Source: Eledone cirrhosa (taxonomy: Eukaryota). From it: 64,000 nucleotides of DNA. The stretch spans positions 76,880,001-76,944,000 of the forward strand of contig OZ024742.1 in assembly GCA_964016885.1 (NCBI GenBank), in the 5' to 3' direction. Position numbers and translations under genes: made by a program. This document shows, one piece after another, positions 1-12,439 of this stretch (within the stretch, counting starts at the first letter, position 1; every line of letters begins with the position of its first letter). A model generated the notes under the pieces. The model ran no database searches. It saw only the letters and a program-made list of their open reading frames with translations, and had not been told where the DNA came from.

Positions 1-297
1 TCTGAGTCCAACTGGGGTCTTGGTATCGAAGGTCACAATTAAAATCTTGATGACACCACCTATTCTGATAATGGGGATAGACGTGAAGATCACTTGATAT
101 CTTTCTGTGGATGGACATTAATTTTTTTTCCAGCTAATTGTGGGTGCTTTCAAAAATAGGTCTTTAGTAATACGTTTATTTAGTAACTTTCATACTTTTC
201 ACTACCTATGAGGAAAAACGGATAAGACATTTACATAACTGCTTATATAGAAAAATACGGTGGTATGCACGACAACATTTCTGGTGTGCTGTATTGA

Positions 298-1310
298 CGT
301 TTTCCCCAGCTCGTCTCCTTGACGGAGCTGCAGTCCTGGGTCAAGCGAGACCGAGAGGGAGCGCCTGGAGGCTATAATGTCTTCAGGCGCACACAGCCCT
401 CGACCAATCGGGCAATGTGATCGGTGGAAACTCCACCTTGGCGTTCTATAGGGGATTAGTGGAGGGGAAGAGCGACGACGTACTTGGAGAAACTCTAGGC
501 GTCGACGAAAATCAACTAGCCAATCTCTTCGAAGGACTTTCGGGCCGGGGCCTACGGACAACTTCCAGAAATCCCTGACCTGGCAGTGCTACCGAGGAGC
601 TTTGCCAGTTCGGGATAAACTCTACAGGCATGGAGGTGCCGTCAGCCGGGCATGTCCGCGATGCGCGCAGGGCGACGAAACCGTCCTGCACGCACTCGTC
701 CAGTGTCCGAGCATTGCTGACTTGTGGGTTTATGTCGAACACCTGCTGTCACGTGTAGGACGGATCCAGCTATCAGCTGAGTCCATCGTGAGGATTGCCC
801 CGCCCCCTTCCTTTAGCCTGGAAGGGCAGGCAGTTTTTATCTGTCTGGTGGCCATGGCGAAAGAGATAGTATGGTGGACACGTTTGAAAGGGCTGAAGAC
901 GAGCACTTACCTCTTCGGTGATGCCCTGATTAACTTTTTCAAATTTCATTTGAAAAGGAAAATCAGGGTAGAGAGGGAAGTGCTCTCTTCCCAGCATTTT
1001 GTTGAAAGATGGGTGAGAGAAGCAAGTATGGCCCGAATGAATGGGCCTTCTCTGAGTATGTGTCTGTAAATTAAAGGTGGAAAACTGGAAGAGGGCACTT
1101 GCCCTGGTGGTCAGGGCCACTGTGGTCTTTTAATGGGCTTTCTCCACAAATGTCCCTTGGAAGTCTCCCCCCTATTGGGGAATTTTTCTTTGTTATTTTA
1201 TTTCAACCTCTGTTTTTTTACACGCAGAAATGCCCATTTGTACCGTCCTGTATTGTCCTGTACTGTCCTTAATGTCTACTTTATGTGAACCCTTGTGGTT
1301 AATAAAGAAA
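298..1310 (+). mobile_element. 5'-truncated L1/Tx1-clade LINE, 3' end (ORF2 C-terminal zinc finger region plus 3' UTR)
   Basis: ORF 602-1069 and upstream read W..YRGALPVRDKL...CPRCAQGDETVLHALVQC, the zf-RVT motif of L1/Tx1 ORF2. A T-rich 3' UTR follows, with AATAAA at 1301. Confidence 0.8.
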
Positions 1311-1311
1311 A

Positions 1312-1348
<37 letters not shown>

Positions 1349-1362
1349 ATTATTATTATTAT
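1312..1362. repeat. (ATT)n/(TAA)n microsatellite, tail or target of the Dong-like element
   Basis: Seen directly in the sequence. Confidence 0.9.
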
Positions 1363-4300
1363 TGTTCTTTGAGTCTCAGTCATTGATGTTATTTAACTGG
1401 AAAGTTTGTTGAAATGAATATCAAGCTGCTACCTGCAGCCTCAGATATTCAGGACGTATCGGAGGGTTCTTGCTGTTTCCAGAAAGCATGCCTTTTGAAG
1501 TGTTCCAAAAAGCGGGGCTGGACTAATCTTCTTTAACCATCCCTGGAAACTCCTTGAGATAGTACCTAGTGTGCCTATGACAATAGGGACCACTTTGACT
1601 TCATGGCTATACCAAATCCTTTTTACCTCCCACTTTAAGTCCTGATATCGGTTAATTTTCTCCCTCTCCTTCTCTTGCACTCTCGTGTCGAATGGGCAGG
1701 CCACATCCACAATCAGGCACGATCTTTTTTCTTTGTCCAAAACCACCAGATCAGGTCTATTGTATTCCAGTTTCTTGTCCCTCTGTATCCTAAAATCCCA
1801 CAGCACCTTCACCTGATCGTTTTCTATCACCGACTCTGGCTTATGCTCATACCACTTCTCAGAATGTGGTAAATTGTTTACTTTGCATAGGTGCCAGTGG
1901 ATCACCCTGCCCATCATGTCTCCAGCATTTATAGTGAGTCTGGGCAATCGGATAAAATGTGAGCCACAGTCACTTCGCTCCATAGATCCTACACCATGGG
2001 CTAGCCTCCTCCTTGTAAATATGGCTTTACAGTCACTTGGTTTTGAGAGCCTGCTCCTGCGCAGCCATTAACATTCCTTCTGTAGCCTTTTTAAGGTCTC
2101 CTCTTTTCAACCAGTTCCATGTCTGTGGATCTCTAAATTTAGTTTTCTCAAAGAAGGTACTATGAAGGGATTTTTCCTGAAAGCTGCTCTTTCTCCTTGA
2201 TATTATTTCCTCCTTGGACAACCCCTGGGCTATTGTCCCCTCCTTCAGTACAGTTCTGAGCATTGGCTCCTTACTACCAGTCACGTATTTGTGTAGGTTG
2301 TTTTTCTCCATCTGAACACAGTCCTCTATGCTGATAAGACCTCTTCCAACCTCAGATCTCCTTAGGTAGAGTCTATCGACATCACTCCTCTTGTGGAACA
2401 TGTTGTAGATAGTCAATAGCTTCCTAGTCTTCCTATCAATTTCTTTTTGTTCAGCAACATTCCATTTCAGAACTCCCGCACTGTACCTAATAATAGACAC
2501 AGCTCGGGAATTTACTGCACTTATGACATTCCTACTATTTAGATGTGATTTTAATACGCTCCTTACTCTCCTAATGTACTCAGATCTTATCAATTCCTTC
2601 ATTTTTTGTTCTTTATGTCATCTGCCTCCAGAACACCTAAATATTTGTATCCTTCTTCAGTGTCAATTTTTTTTATCATCTCACCTGTGGTACCTGGATT
2701 CCGTTGCTTCTGCTCAATTTACCCCTCTTCACCACAAGGACTCCACACTTATTAATACCAAATTACATACATATATCATTGCTGAAAATTCGGACAGTAT
2801 CAAAAAGTACATCCAACTCCTTCTCACTCTTCCCAAAGAGTTTAAGATCGTCCATGAAGAAGAGGTGGTTGATGGTAAGCTCTCCTTTTCCCAACTTTTA
2901 TCCTGCTCTCACTTTTCGCAATATAATGGTCAGCGATATCAGGTCAAGGACAAACAGCAGAAGGGACAAACTATCGCCCTGGAAGATACCTCTCTTGATC
3001 TTCACGCCTCCCAGGGATTCTCCACCTAATGTTAACTCTGTTTTCCAGGACTTCATACTTTTGCTCAACAACTGTCTGATGTTATCTGCCACCTTGAAGA
3101 TCTCCAGGCTTTTGATTATCAAAGAATGAGGTACCATGTCGAATGCCTCTTTGTAATCTATCCATCCCATGGCAAGACCAGTGTGTATTTTCTTGCAATT
3201 CCTCATTACCATCTTATCAATAAGTAACTGAATTTTTTGTACCACGGGAATTCTTTCGGCATCCTTTCTGTTCGTTCAGTAGCAAGTTGTTTATGTGGAG
3301 GTTAACCGTTTCCACATTACGGACAGACATGTGATAGGTCTATAGTTGGTAACATCATTACCCTTGATTCGGTCTCTCAATACCAGAACTGTGGTACCTT
3401 TTGTCAACCACTCAGGTACCTCAACCGACACCAAGCAGTCATTGAACATGGTTGTCAGTTCAGGGTGGAGGCATGCTATATTCTTAATCCAATACCCCTG
3501 CACACCGTCTGGGCCTGGTGATTTCCAGCTGGTTAGTTTTTTGGCCTGTCCTTTAAGAGTTTCAACTGTGATACTCAAATCAGTATGTTGATGTGCTTGT
3601 TCACTAATCTCCTTTATATTGTCTCAATCCACACTGCCTGATCATTATGTTCAACATCCTGCTCCCATATTCCTCTCCAGAATGTCTTAGTTTGTTCCGC
3701 CTCAGGGATCAAGTCGTTGCCTCTTTCTCTTCTTTCAAGCTGTCCAAACAACATCTTCTGGTTGTTGCCAAACAGGCGGATCTGTCTATACTGACTGACT
3801 CTGCTCTCATACCGCCTAATCTTTGCACTATTTGCTACAATGCGTTGCTTCAGTTCCTCTATGATCATATTTAGCTTTTTCCCCCTAGTTTTGTACTTTA
3901 TTTCCAATCTATGTTTTGTAATGTCCCATTCAGTAGGGACTCAAGCTTTCCATTGTCTTTTCTCATTTACTTGATTTGACCATTCAGTCGTTTCTTCCAC
4001 CAATGTTCTGATCTTTCTAGTTTGTTGTTTCCTCTCGTTCTTATGCCAAGTAATTTCCTCACTGCATTTGCTTTGAGGATATTGTTGCATTGGTGAAGGT
4101 TCCTCGCCTCAAGGTATGGGATGACTTTGTTTACCTTATCTGTTGTTTCTTTTAACATTTTCCTGTCTACAAATCTTTGGATCATAGGTTTCCCACTATC
4201 ATTGTTCATTTCATCTACCACTAAGTTCAGGATATCAACGAAATCTTGTCTTAGCCCGTCAGCATTCATTTCCTCAATGGCCGTATCTTTGTTCCAGATG

Positions 4301-4800
4301 TTATGTATTTCAGCATTCAGATCATTGTCTGCTTCGGATGCTTCCTCAGGTCTCTCAACCTCTTCACCTTCATTTCCCACTGGCTCGCTTGCCTGACATA
4401 CACCACTGTCTATTGCCAACTTAACCTCTCTGTTCAGTTCCTCCAGTTCCAACTCGCTTATCCATCTATTAGTTCTTATTACCCGAACCTGCCCGGCCAA
4501 TTTTTGTTCATCTAATTTAAATAGACCAATCTCGTTCCAGATGTTATGCATCCGTTTCCTGTAGCCTTTTTGCATGGGGTTACTCTTCAGGTAACATTCC
4601 ATGACAGTTCTATTCAATCCTTTCGTCCAGTTGCTTCTTGTCCCTTTCCTTCTTCTTCCTCCAACACCGGCAGTATTTGGATGACAGCCAGGTCCCTGCT
4701 GCTGGGCCAGGGAGCACTTGCTGGGTGAGAGTCTTTCACATGACGTTCCAGTCCCCTCTTCACCGTTATACGAACTGTTTAGGTTCGCCAATCAAACGCT
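1312..4800 (-). mobile_element. R4/Dong-clade non-LTR retrotransposon (RT, CCHC knuckle, restriction-like endonuclease); near full length, frameshifted
   Basis: Minus-strand ORF pieces in the expected order: KSPGPDGV, NYRPITCL, WIDYKEAFDMVPH, RGIFQGDSLS, AAQEQAL, a degenerate CCHC, then WDFRIQ..NRPDLVV..IVDVACPFD..EKINRY (RLE). Ends in (TAA)n at 1312-1362. Confidence 0.88.
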
Positions 4801-4834
4801 CGAGGATTGGTGAATGTATGGTTACATAAACATC

Positions 4835-4880
4835 GGTGATTTCATCACCCCCAGTGATTTCATCACCCCCGGTGATTTCA
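4835..4880. repeat. 18-bp tandem repeat (~2.5 copies) with internal palindrome GGTGAT-ttc-ATCACC
   Basis: Seen directly: ggtgatttcatcaccccc / agtgatttcatcaccccc / ggtgatttca. Confidence 0.85.
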
Positions 4881-5829
4881 GCGTTGCGCCATGGTGCTGT
4901 AGACGAACATAAATAAATAAACAAGCAAATAGATAAAAAGTTGAAAAAATAAATATGTTTCATTGTAATGTTTGAATGTCTGACTTAGTTTTTTTGTTTG
5001 TTTGTTTTTCTTCCTTTTTGTTTTTCAAGGCCAGTAACATCGGTTACTAGTGTTGTTGTTGCTACTGCTGCTATTTTTTAATTTAGCTGCGAGGGAAGTA
5101 GGGGTTGTTGCGTTCAAAACTTTTGAAATTTGTTTTCTTTTGTTGTTGCATTTGTTTTTATCTGTGTTCTGTTCTGTAATTTTTAGATTTGACATCGTTT
5201 AAACTAAACATTTTGAGAGAGTTTAGCGATACAACAACAATAATAATAATTTTTTTTGTGTTGTTAGCTGTTTGACCGGGACACTAAATCAGTCTATCTA
5301 TATCTTTTTATATCTTTTGGTGACTTCCTCGCTTCTAGTCATGTGTCGTGGCACTACTACCATCCCTCTCTTAACAGGAGGTGGTGGAGGAATAGTGGTG
5401 GTTGCGATTATGTAGTGGTGACGGTGGTGATGGGATAGTAATGCTGTAGTGATGGTGTTGTGATGGTGTTGTTTTATCTAGCTAATTTTGTTGTGGTCGT
5501 GGTGGTGGGGACGGCGGCGTGGGTGGGGTTGTTGGTGAAATTATTTAGCTGTTTTCTTCCATTTGTGACCATTTGTAACCATTTTCTATTTTGACTATAA
5601 CATTTCTGATACACAATTAAATATTAAATATTGGAGGCCTATGCCATAATTGTATGCGTCGCCCCTTCCTGAGAGTAAGTCTGGTATCTTATGTCCCATT
5701 TGTAATAAGAATTATTCTATTACAATTGTTTTAAATATGTAAAAAATCAAAAACTTACGGGAGCGATTCCATAACACCCTATCCACCATGTGCGTAATCT
5801 ACCCTTATTATCAATATTATTTTTTTTCT

Positions 5830-5933
5830 CCTTCTTCTTCGTCGTCGTCGTAGTCTTCTTCTTCTTCTTCTTCTTCTTCTTCTTCTTCTTCTTCTTCTTC
5901 TTCTTCTTCTTCTTCTTCTTCTTCTTCTTCTTC
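5830..5933. repeat. (TTC)n microsatellite
   Basis: Seen directly; it accounts for the poly-Phe ORF 5790-6068. Confidence 0.95.
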
Positions 5934-6079
5934 CCTCATTCCAGTAGGTCCTTTCAGAAAAACCATTTCCAAATTATCAAACTGGATCCCTTAGCTACAC
6001 CGCAATGTTCATTGATGCTATCTAAACATTTTGATCTGGAGGCTACACCTGGGTTTTCTGTCAGTTAGTTCTGCGCGTG

Positions 6080-7130
6080 AAATATGTCCAGAGATTCATT
6101 CCTGATATCTTTTAACTACATGACCGTTGTTATCTTTTAATTCGGACAATAAGCAGCTCTACTTGGAGTGATTATCCGATCTCCAAGCTATGCACTCAAT
6201 CCAGTAACGTGACTCTGTAAACCTCCGAAGGAACCCCGTTTCAAACGTTTTTATACTCCAGTGTATACCTTCCGTCCATATCCATGATTCATGACCATAT
6301 GTAAAGCTTTGCACGAATACCGAATTTAAAATAGCATCTTTGACTTTTACGACTACCGCCTTCTTCTCATATCCGAATGCTGAAGCACGCGTATTACTGC
6401 ATCAGATTTTGCAATTCCTGCACTTAATTCAGCCACTTGCCTTCCATTAATCCTGAACATTATCCCGAAATACCTGTCCGGTTCCATCTGCTTCAGTGGA
6501 ACTCCACTCACATGTAGAGTGCACTGCACAGTCTTCCCTGAGAGGACGAGTTTTTCTAACTTCTTACAATTATTTGCATTCTTGCCATGCATCACTCGGT
6601 AGCAAACAGATGAAACGCATGTGGGAATTCACCTTTTGACGAGTTAAATATAACCATGCCGTCTGAAAACTCAAGTCGACTGATCCTATACCCACCAGTC
6701 GTGATACCACTTTCAGTCCGACTGAGGATGTCAATCATGTTCACGAAGATTATGAATTGGAAACGTGACAATACTCATTCTTGGCAGAGTGATCCAGAGA
6801 TCCAAGCCACTCTGCTAACACGTGTCAGCCAGATATCCCTTCTCTAAGGATTTTAACAACTCGGCCCGAACTTCATCCTTCTCTGCGGACTTGTCACATT
6901 TGAGCTCTTTGATTGCTCATATATCATCCACCTCCAAAAGATCACTTGCCAGGATGCACATCTCTCAAGACAGAAGAACCACGTGTGAGGACTACTTATT
7001 AAGAATTATGTGGGTGGTCAGCTTGAACACTTTATTTACTTATGTTATGTCGGCATTCAGCTTTACCCTATACTGCTCTCATGGCATAACTTAGGACGCC
7101 TTTATTGTGTTTGGTGTCACTTTCCACCCA
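6080..7130 (-). mobile_element. Degenerate RTE-clade LINE fragment
   Basis: Minus strand reads LHVSGVPLKQME..RYFGIMFRINGRQVAEL..GIAKSDAVIR and TYGHESWIWT, resembling the RTE RT C-terminal region. Confidence 0.6.
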
Positions 7131-7270
7131 CGCTTGTATTGCAATAGTCACGCAAAAGACTGCGGTACCATGAGGAATATTTGCAATGTTTATTCCACAG
7201 TAAATCACTTTATGTTTTATATTTCATGTACTCAAGAATTGTTCATAGTAGCAGAGTAGTAGTCAATAAT

Positions 7271-7456
7271 TGTTTCTACTTTAGGCACAAGGCCAGCAAT
7301 TACTCAGTGTATTACTGGTACTTTATTTTAACGACCCCGTAAGGATGAAAGGCAAAGTCAACCTCGGTGGGATTTGAACTCAGATCGTAAAGGGACGTAA
7401 CTATACTGGAAAGTATGGTGTCTGACCCTCTACCGATACTGCCAATCCACTGCCCT
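7271..7456 (-). mobile_element. tRNA-derived SINE, family A, with 15-bp target-site duplication
   Basis: Minus strand carries B-box GAGTTCAAATCC and core TTTGCCTTTCATCCTTACGGGGTCG..AAAATAAAGTACCAG (Meta/MESC-like, from memory). Flanked by GTAGTAGTCAATAAT at 7256-7270 and 7460-7474. Three more copies in the window. Confidence 0.85.
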
Positions 7457-8659
7457 AGTGTAGTAGTCAATAATGCTTGTGACTTTGGATTCGACTTGTT
7501 TAGGGCTTCCAGCAGAGTTGCGAGAATTTATATTCAGATAAATTTTCGAAAAACACTCAGGACCCATGTTTTTTTTATTTAGGGATTACCATCGAACGCA
7601 ACCTGAAAATATTACAATAGAGAATTGAACTGAAATATCATACTCCGCTTATTGAAATATGAGTTTTGCAGAACTATCTTCAGGTATTATAAAATTACTG
7701 ATATATCTCATTCATTTTGAATTAATATAGTTATCGGTGTCATTATTGTCTATTTTGATACGATCACCGGATTCTTTGTAATCACCAACGTAATTGCAAT
7801 AGCAAGCATTAGACGTTTCCAAAAATAAAATGAAAAAGAAAAGCAAGTGAAATGTGTGTACATGATTGTTGAGCTGCGTGTCACACTGAGTCAGGAGGAA
7901 GTATTTGTTCTCGTTATAGTCACAAATCATGCCGTATTTGATCATAATAATATACCTTATTCTTACCTTATTTCCTTTTTCTGTTATATATGTGACATGT
8001 TCAGTATACATATATATATATATATATATATATATGGATGTGAGTGTGTGTGTTTGTGGGTGTGGGTGTGTGAGTGTGTGTGTGTGGGTGTGTGTATGTG
8101 TGTGTGTGTTTCTGTCTGCGTCTATGTCTCTGTATGTCTGCTTCTGCTCATGTTTGAAGATGTGTAGGATTTAATATTATGCAGTTCTATTGTTCGCAAT
8201 ATAATGCTAAGCTAAATCGTTAGTTAGCCATTGTGAATTTATGAAGTATAATGCGATGCTATACAATAGCATCGGTCACAGGAAGTGCTAGCCATAAACA
8301 TTAAAAATATGGCGCCGGATTCAATTATATCTTTCCTATTTGAAGTGTTATTAGAAGACAAGGCGATATGCTATAAAGAATTGTATACATACATACATTC
8401 ATACACGTACACACATACACGCACATGTATCTTATACCTTCCTGTAGGTTTATGAAAATGTGTATATAACTGGATGACGCAGAATAACTTAAATCATTTA
8501 TTTCCTTAAATTGTAATATCGATCATGTTTCGCCCGACGATTAGGTATGGCGTTATATCATATCGCCTTATATATGATATTAGCCATTCATAAAGTAATT
8601 TTCAATATAGACATGTCACTGACCCTTTTTTGTCTCCGAGATACATTCAGATATAGACA

Positions 8660-8662
8660 TGC

Positions 8663-8734
<72 letters not shown>

Positions 8735-8746
8735 ATATATATGCAT

Positions 8747-8826
<80 letters not shown>

Positions 8827-8844
8827 GCATACATATATGTATAT

Positions 8845-8906
<62 letters not shown>

Positions 8907-8910
8907 GTGT

Positions 8911-8944
<34 letters not shown>

Positions 8945-8955
8945 GTGTATATATA
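8660..8955. repeat. Compound (TA)n/(TG)n/(CA)n microsatellite, representative of many such tracts in the window
   Basis: Seen directly; source of the spurious [12 protein letters not shown] ORFs. Confidence 0.95.
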
Positions 8956-10029
8956 AAGATGGAGAGAGGGAGAGAAATACATTTATTCATCCATTCTATC
9001 ATATATACATACATACGCACAAACATACACACAGACGTACGACATACAGACATATATGCATATGCACATACATCATTCATCCATACATACCTACATTCAT
9101 GCCTGCATATAACATGTCAGAAATGCCTGTATTAGCAGGGGTATATTGATGAACATTTATATAGGCGCTTGCACACAGCATTGAATTGTAATTAGTGATC
9201 ACACCAATTATTACAGTTGTATTAACGTTGGGTGAATCATTGTATTGTACACCGGTAAATATATCATATCAGACTTAATGATATTATCACCACTAGTGAA
9301 CTGTTATGCAATTTATTGATGTCCTCCATTGAAGTGGCACATAAATACACAATTCAAATTAGTACTGCTGCGCTGTTGCTGCTATTGATGTTGTTGCGTT
9401 GATCTGCTCTTATTCTTGTTGTTGAATATGTGAGTGCATGTGTGTATACTTTTATGTACTTTTGTATGTATTTTCTTTATATACATCTATATGGGTTTAT
9501 GCTCGTATGATTATCACGAGATATATTTATGTGTATAATCCCATATACATTAGATGTATTTACCTATATGTCTATAAATGTGTTCTTAGTATTATCTCTA
9601 TATATGTATGATTCTATTCATGCTGAGTAGAAGTTATTCCACTTATATATTTTTTGTATATTGATATACATTTGTTATTAACGTGTTTAATAATATTGAT
9701 ATACATTTGTTATTAACATGTTAGTGAATATACATGTATACTTTTCTCAAACATAATTATCTGCGTGGTTTCTGTATGATTGATTCAGAATTCTGCATGT
9801 TTATAGGACTATATTCATCTCTATATACAATTATCTATATACAGCCAGATATACATAAGGTATATCTATGTGTTGAATTCTTTGGAATCTATATTTATAC
9901 ATACGCATACATGCATCAATGTATCTTATAATCATATATTCATATTTATGTCTATTAGGGCGTGTTTACCTCTATACATCAACATTTATACACACCTGCA
10001 CTCTCCTATATATATATATATATATATAT

Positions 10030-12093
10030 AATGGAAAAATTTGAACAGGAACAGAACAGAGAGGCAGTACAACGAATGTTTATTAATTTAACGCTCTGGA
10101 GAGTGGGGTGGTGGTGGGAACGGCGTTTCGGGCATAAGCCCTTCCTCAGGTGAGAAGTGTGTGGGAACAGAGTTCAAAGGGTGTGTAGGGGAGTGGTCGA
10201 GAGACATATAGCGAAAGGAAACGGTGCGAATGAAATGAAAAATAAAAATAAAGCATGATCAAAATACAAGGAATGAAATAAAATTAAATATAAAAGCATG
10301 ATCAAAATAAACTGAAATTAAAAAGGGGGTAAAACAGATGGTGGAAGGGTGTGGGGTGTGTAGGGGTGGTGGCAGGTGGAGTGGGGAGAGGGAGACGGGG
10401 TGTCCGAGCGGGGAGGGCTGAAGATGGTGTGTGTGTGTAGGTGTACGTGTGTGTGTGTATGTGAAAGTAAGGGTTGGGGGAAGAACGGGGTTGCATGTTC
10501 AGGAAGAGGTGTGTGTGTGGGGGGGGGGTTGTAGGTCGGAGTGTCTGTGCGTGTGTCGATAGAGGGGTGGGGGGAGAGAGGAATCAGGAGGCTGACGGTG
10601 TAAATATGTGGTGGAAAGCACGTGTGTGTGGGTTTTAAGCGTGTTGTGGGTGTAGGTGGCGTGTGGAGAAAAACATTTTTTGGGGTGTGTGTGTGGGTGA
10701 GTTATATAGGTGATCCCATAAGAGGATGGTTGAAAAGTGGGTAAAATCCTATGATGTTTAGTGGATTCCGTGGTGGTCAAGTTCCGCATACGAGTATTCC
10801 ATGAAGAGATGGTCGGAAGAGGAGAGATGTAGGGTGCGCGCGCAACAGGAAGTGGTCAAACAGTGGGAGTGCTGTGTGTCTGTTTGTGCTGGGAGGTGGT
10901 CAGAGGGCATAGCAGCAGTCGGTGGAATGGTAAAGAGGCGAGGATGGGTAGGTGGGAAAGTTGGAGTGAGGAGGGTGTGTGTGTGTATTAGTAGAGGTGT
11001 TAGTGGGATGATTGAGTGTGGAGCGAGGGTGTGGGTGGAGCGGGGAGAGAAGGGTGTGTGTAGTTCTATGGAGGGAGTGTGGTGTACTGGTGTGTGTGTA
11101 GTTTGATGAAGGGGGTGTTAGTGGGTGTTAGTATACGGGAGGTGGGGAAGGGTTGAATGCAGGTGTGAGTGGGGGTTAGTGGTGGTAGGGTGTGTAGAGT
11201 TGGTGGTGTACGAGGGTGTGTGGGTACGTGTGTGTGTGATAAGGAGGGGGAGGAGGAGAAGAAGGGAGGGATGTTAGTATGTTAGTTGGGGAAGGGTGGT
11301 CGGATGAGGGGTGGAGTGGAGGTGTTAGTATTGTTAGTTGTGGGGTGGGCGGTGAAAAGGAGGGGTGCGTTAGTGGTGTTAGTGGGGGATAAGTGTGGGG
11401 AGAGGGGGGCGGTCGAAGGCTAAAGGAATAAGGGTGGGGAGTTCAGGCCGGGTGGAGTGTGGGTCTGTAAGATGAAGATAGTTCTTTGTTCGACTCTAAG
11501 GCGATTGGCGGGTGTTCCGTGGCATTGGAGTAGGCCACAGACTGTGAGATGGCGTGCGGAATGTCCAGGGCCACCAAAGTGGCGGGCGATGGGGGAACTA
11601 CCACCGAGACGAATATCCCGGAGGTGCTCAGTGAATCGGTCCGCCAGGCGACGTCCCGTCTGTCCGACATAAGTCCGTAGACTAGGTTGGAGGAGGTGCA
11701 GCGGAAGGCATGCCGGACAGAGAGAGAGGGGCCGTTGGGACCCTGGAAGGTGGTGGTGTTGGTGATGTGGGGACAGGTGTTGCAGCGGGGCCTAGAACAG
11801 GGAAAGGAACCGGGGGGGAAAACAGAGCGTGGGTTGGGAGGTAGGGAGCTGTGGACGAGGAGGGTGCGGAGTTGCGTGCGCGTTTGAAGGAGAGGAGTGG
11901 TGGGGTTGGGAAGATGTGGTAGGTGGAGGGGTCGGACTGGAGGCGTCGGAAGAGGCGGCGGATGGTGCGGTGGAGGGGTAAGGTGGAGGGTTGGTAGGTG
12001 ATGGGGAAGGGGAGACGGTGGGTGGGTGTGCGGTGGCGTGGGAGGGTGGTGGAGCGGTGGACAGCACGGGCGTGGGTGAGAGCGGTGTGGACG
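10030..12093 (-). mobile_element. 5'-truncated Penelope-like element (GIY-YIG C-terminus, long C-rich 3' UTR, terminal HHR), flanked by (TA)n
   Basis: Minus strand reads PCSRPRCNTCPHI...FRCTSSNLVYG, then after a frameshift YVGQTGRRLADRFTEHLRDIR...PIARHF...PPGLN. (TA)n on both sides. Confidence 0.85.
10117..10153 (-). ncRNA. Minimal hammerhead ribozyme motif in a PLE 3' terminus
   Basis: Minus strand: CTGAGGA-A-GGGC-ttat-GCCC-GAAA-CG-c-CG-TT. Core and stem II are intact; stems I and III are weak. Confidence 0.6.
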
Positions 12094-12198
12094 ATATATA
12101 TATATATATATATATATATAACGAAGGAAATGTGGTAAGGAACCAGATGGATCATAACGCACCAAAGTACTCAATACTTAGGGTAGTAGAGTGGTTAA

Positions 12199-12312
12199 TA
12201 GGAAGGAGTAGGACCCCGACGGCTGTGCTCAAGCCGTTTCGACAGGGTAATTCTGGACTAGAATTAGCCGTCGAAACGGCTTGAGCTCAGCCGTCGGGGT
12301 CCTACTCGTTCC

Positions 12313-12314
<2 letters not shown>
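12199..12314. repeat. Palindromic element with ~45-bp arms next to (TA)n
   Basis: ggaaggagtaggaccccgacggctgtgctcaagccgtttcgac ... gtcgaaacggcttgagctcagccgtcggggtcctactcgttcc. Confidence 0.9.
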
Positions 12315-12394
<80 letters not shown>

Positions 12395-12395
12395 C

Positions 12396-12439
<44 letters not shown>

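Noticed and set aside
4835-4880. Palindromic direct repeats resembling a CRISPR array
   Set aside because: There are no spacers and no cas genes, and the context is eukaryotic.
5790-6068. Poly-Phe hydrophobic ORF
   Set aside because: It is produced by the (TTC)n tract.
8520-8570. Minus-strand GGGC-GAAA-CATG half of a hammerhead
   Set aside because: The CUGANGA half is not recognisable; too decayed to support.
7847-9149. Many ORFs rich in YI/CV/HT repeats (also near 12.3, 20.2, 23.5, 32.0, 33.0, 34.5, 47.7, 58.9 and 59.6 kb)
   Set aside because: They are translations of (TA)n, (TG)n and (CA)n microsatellites, not genes.
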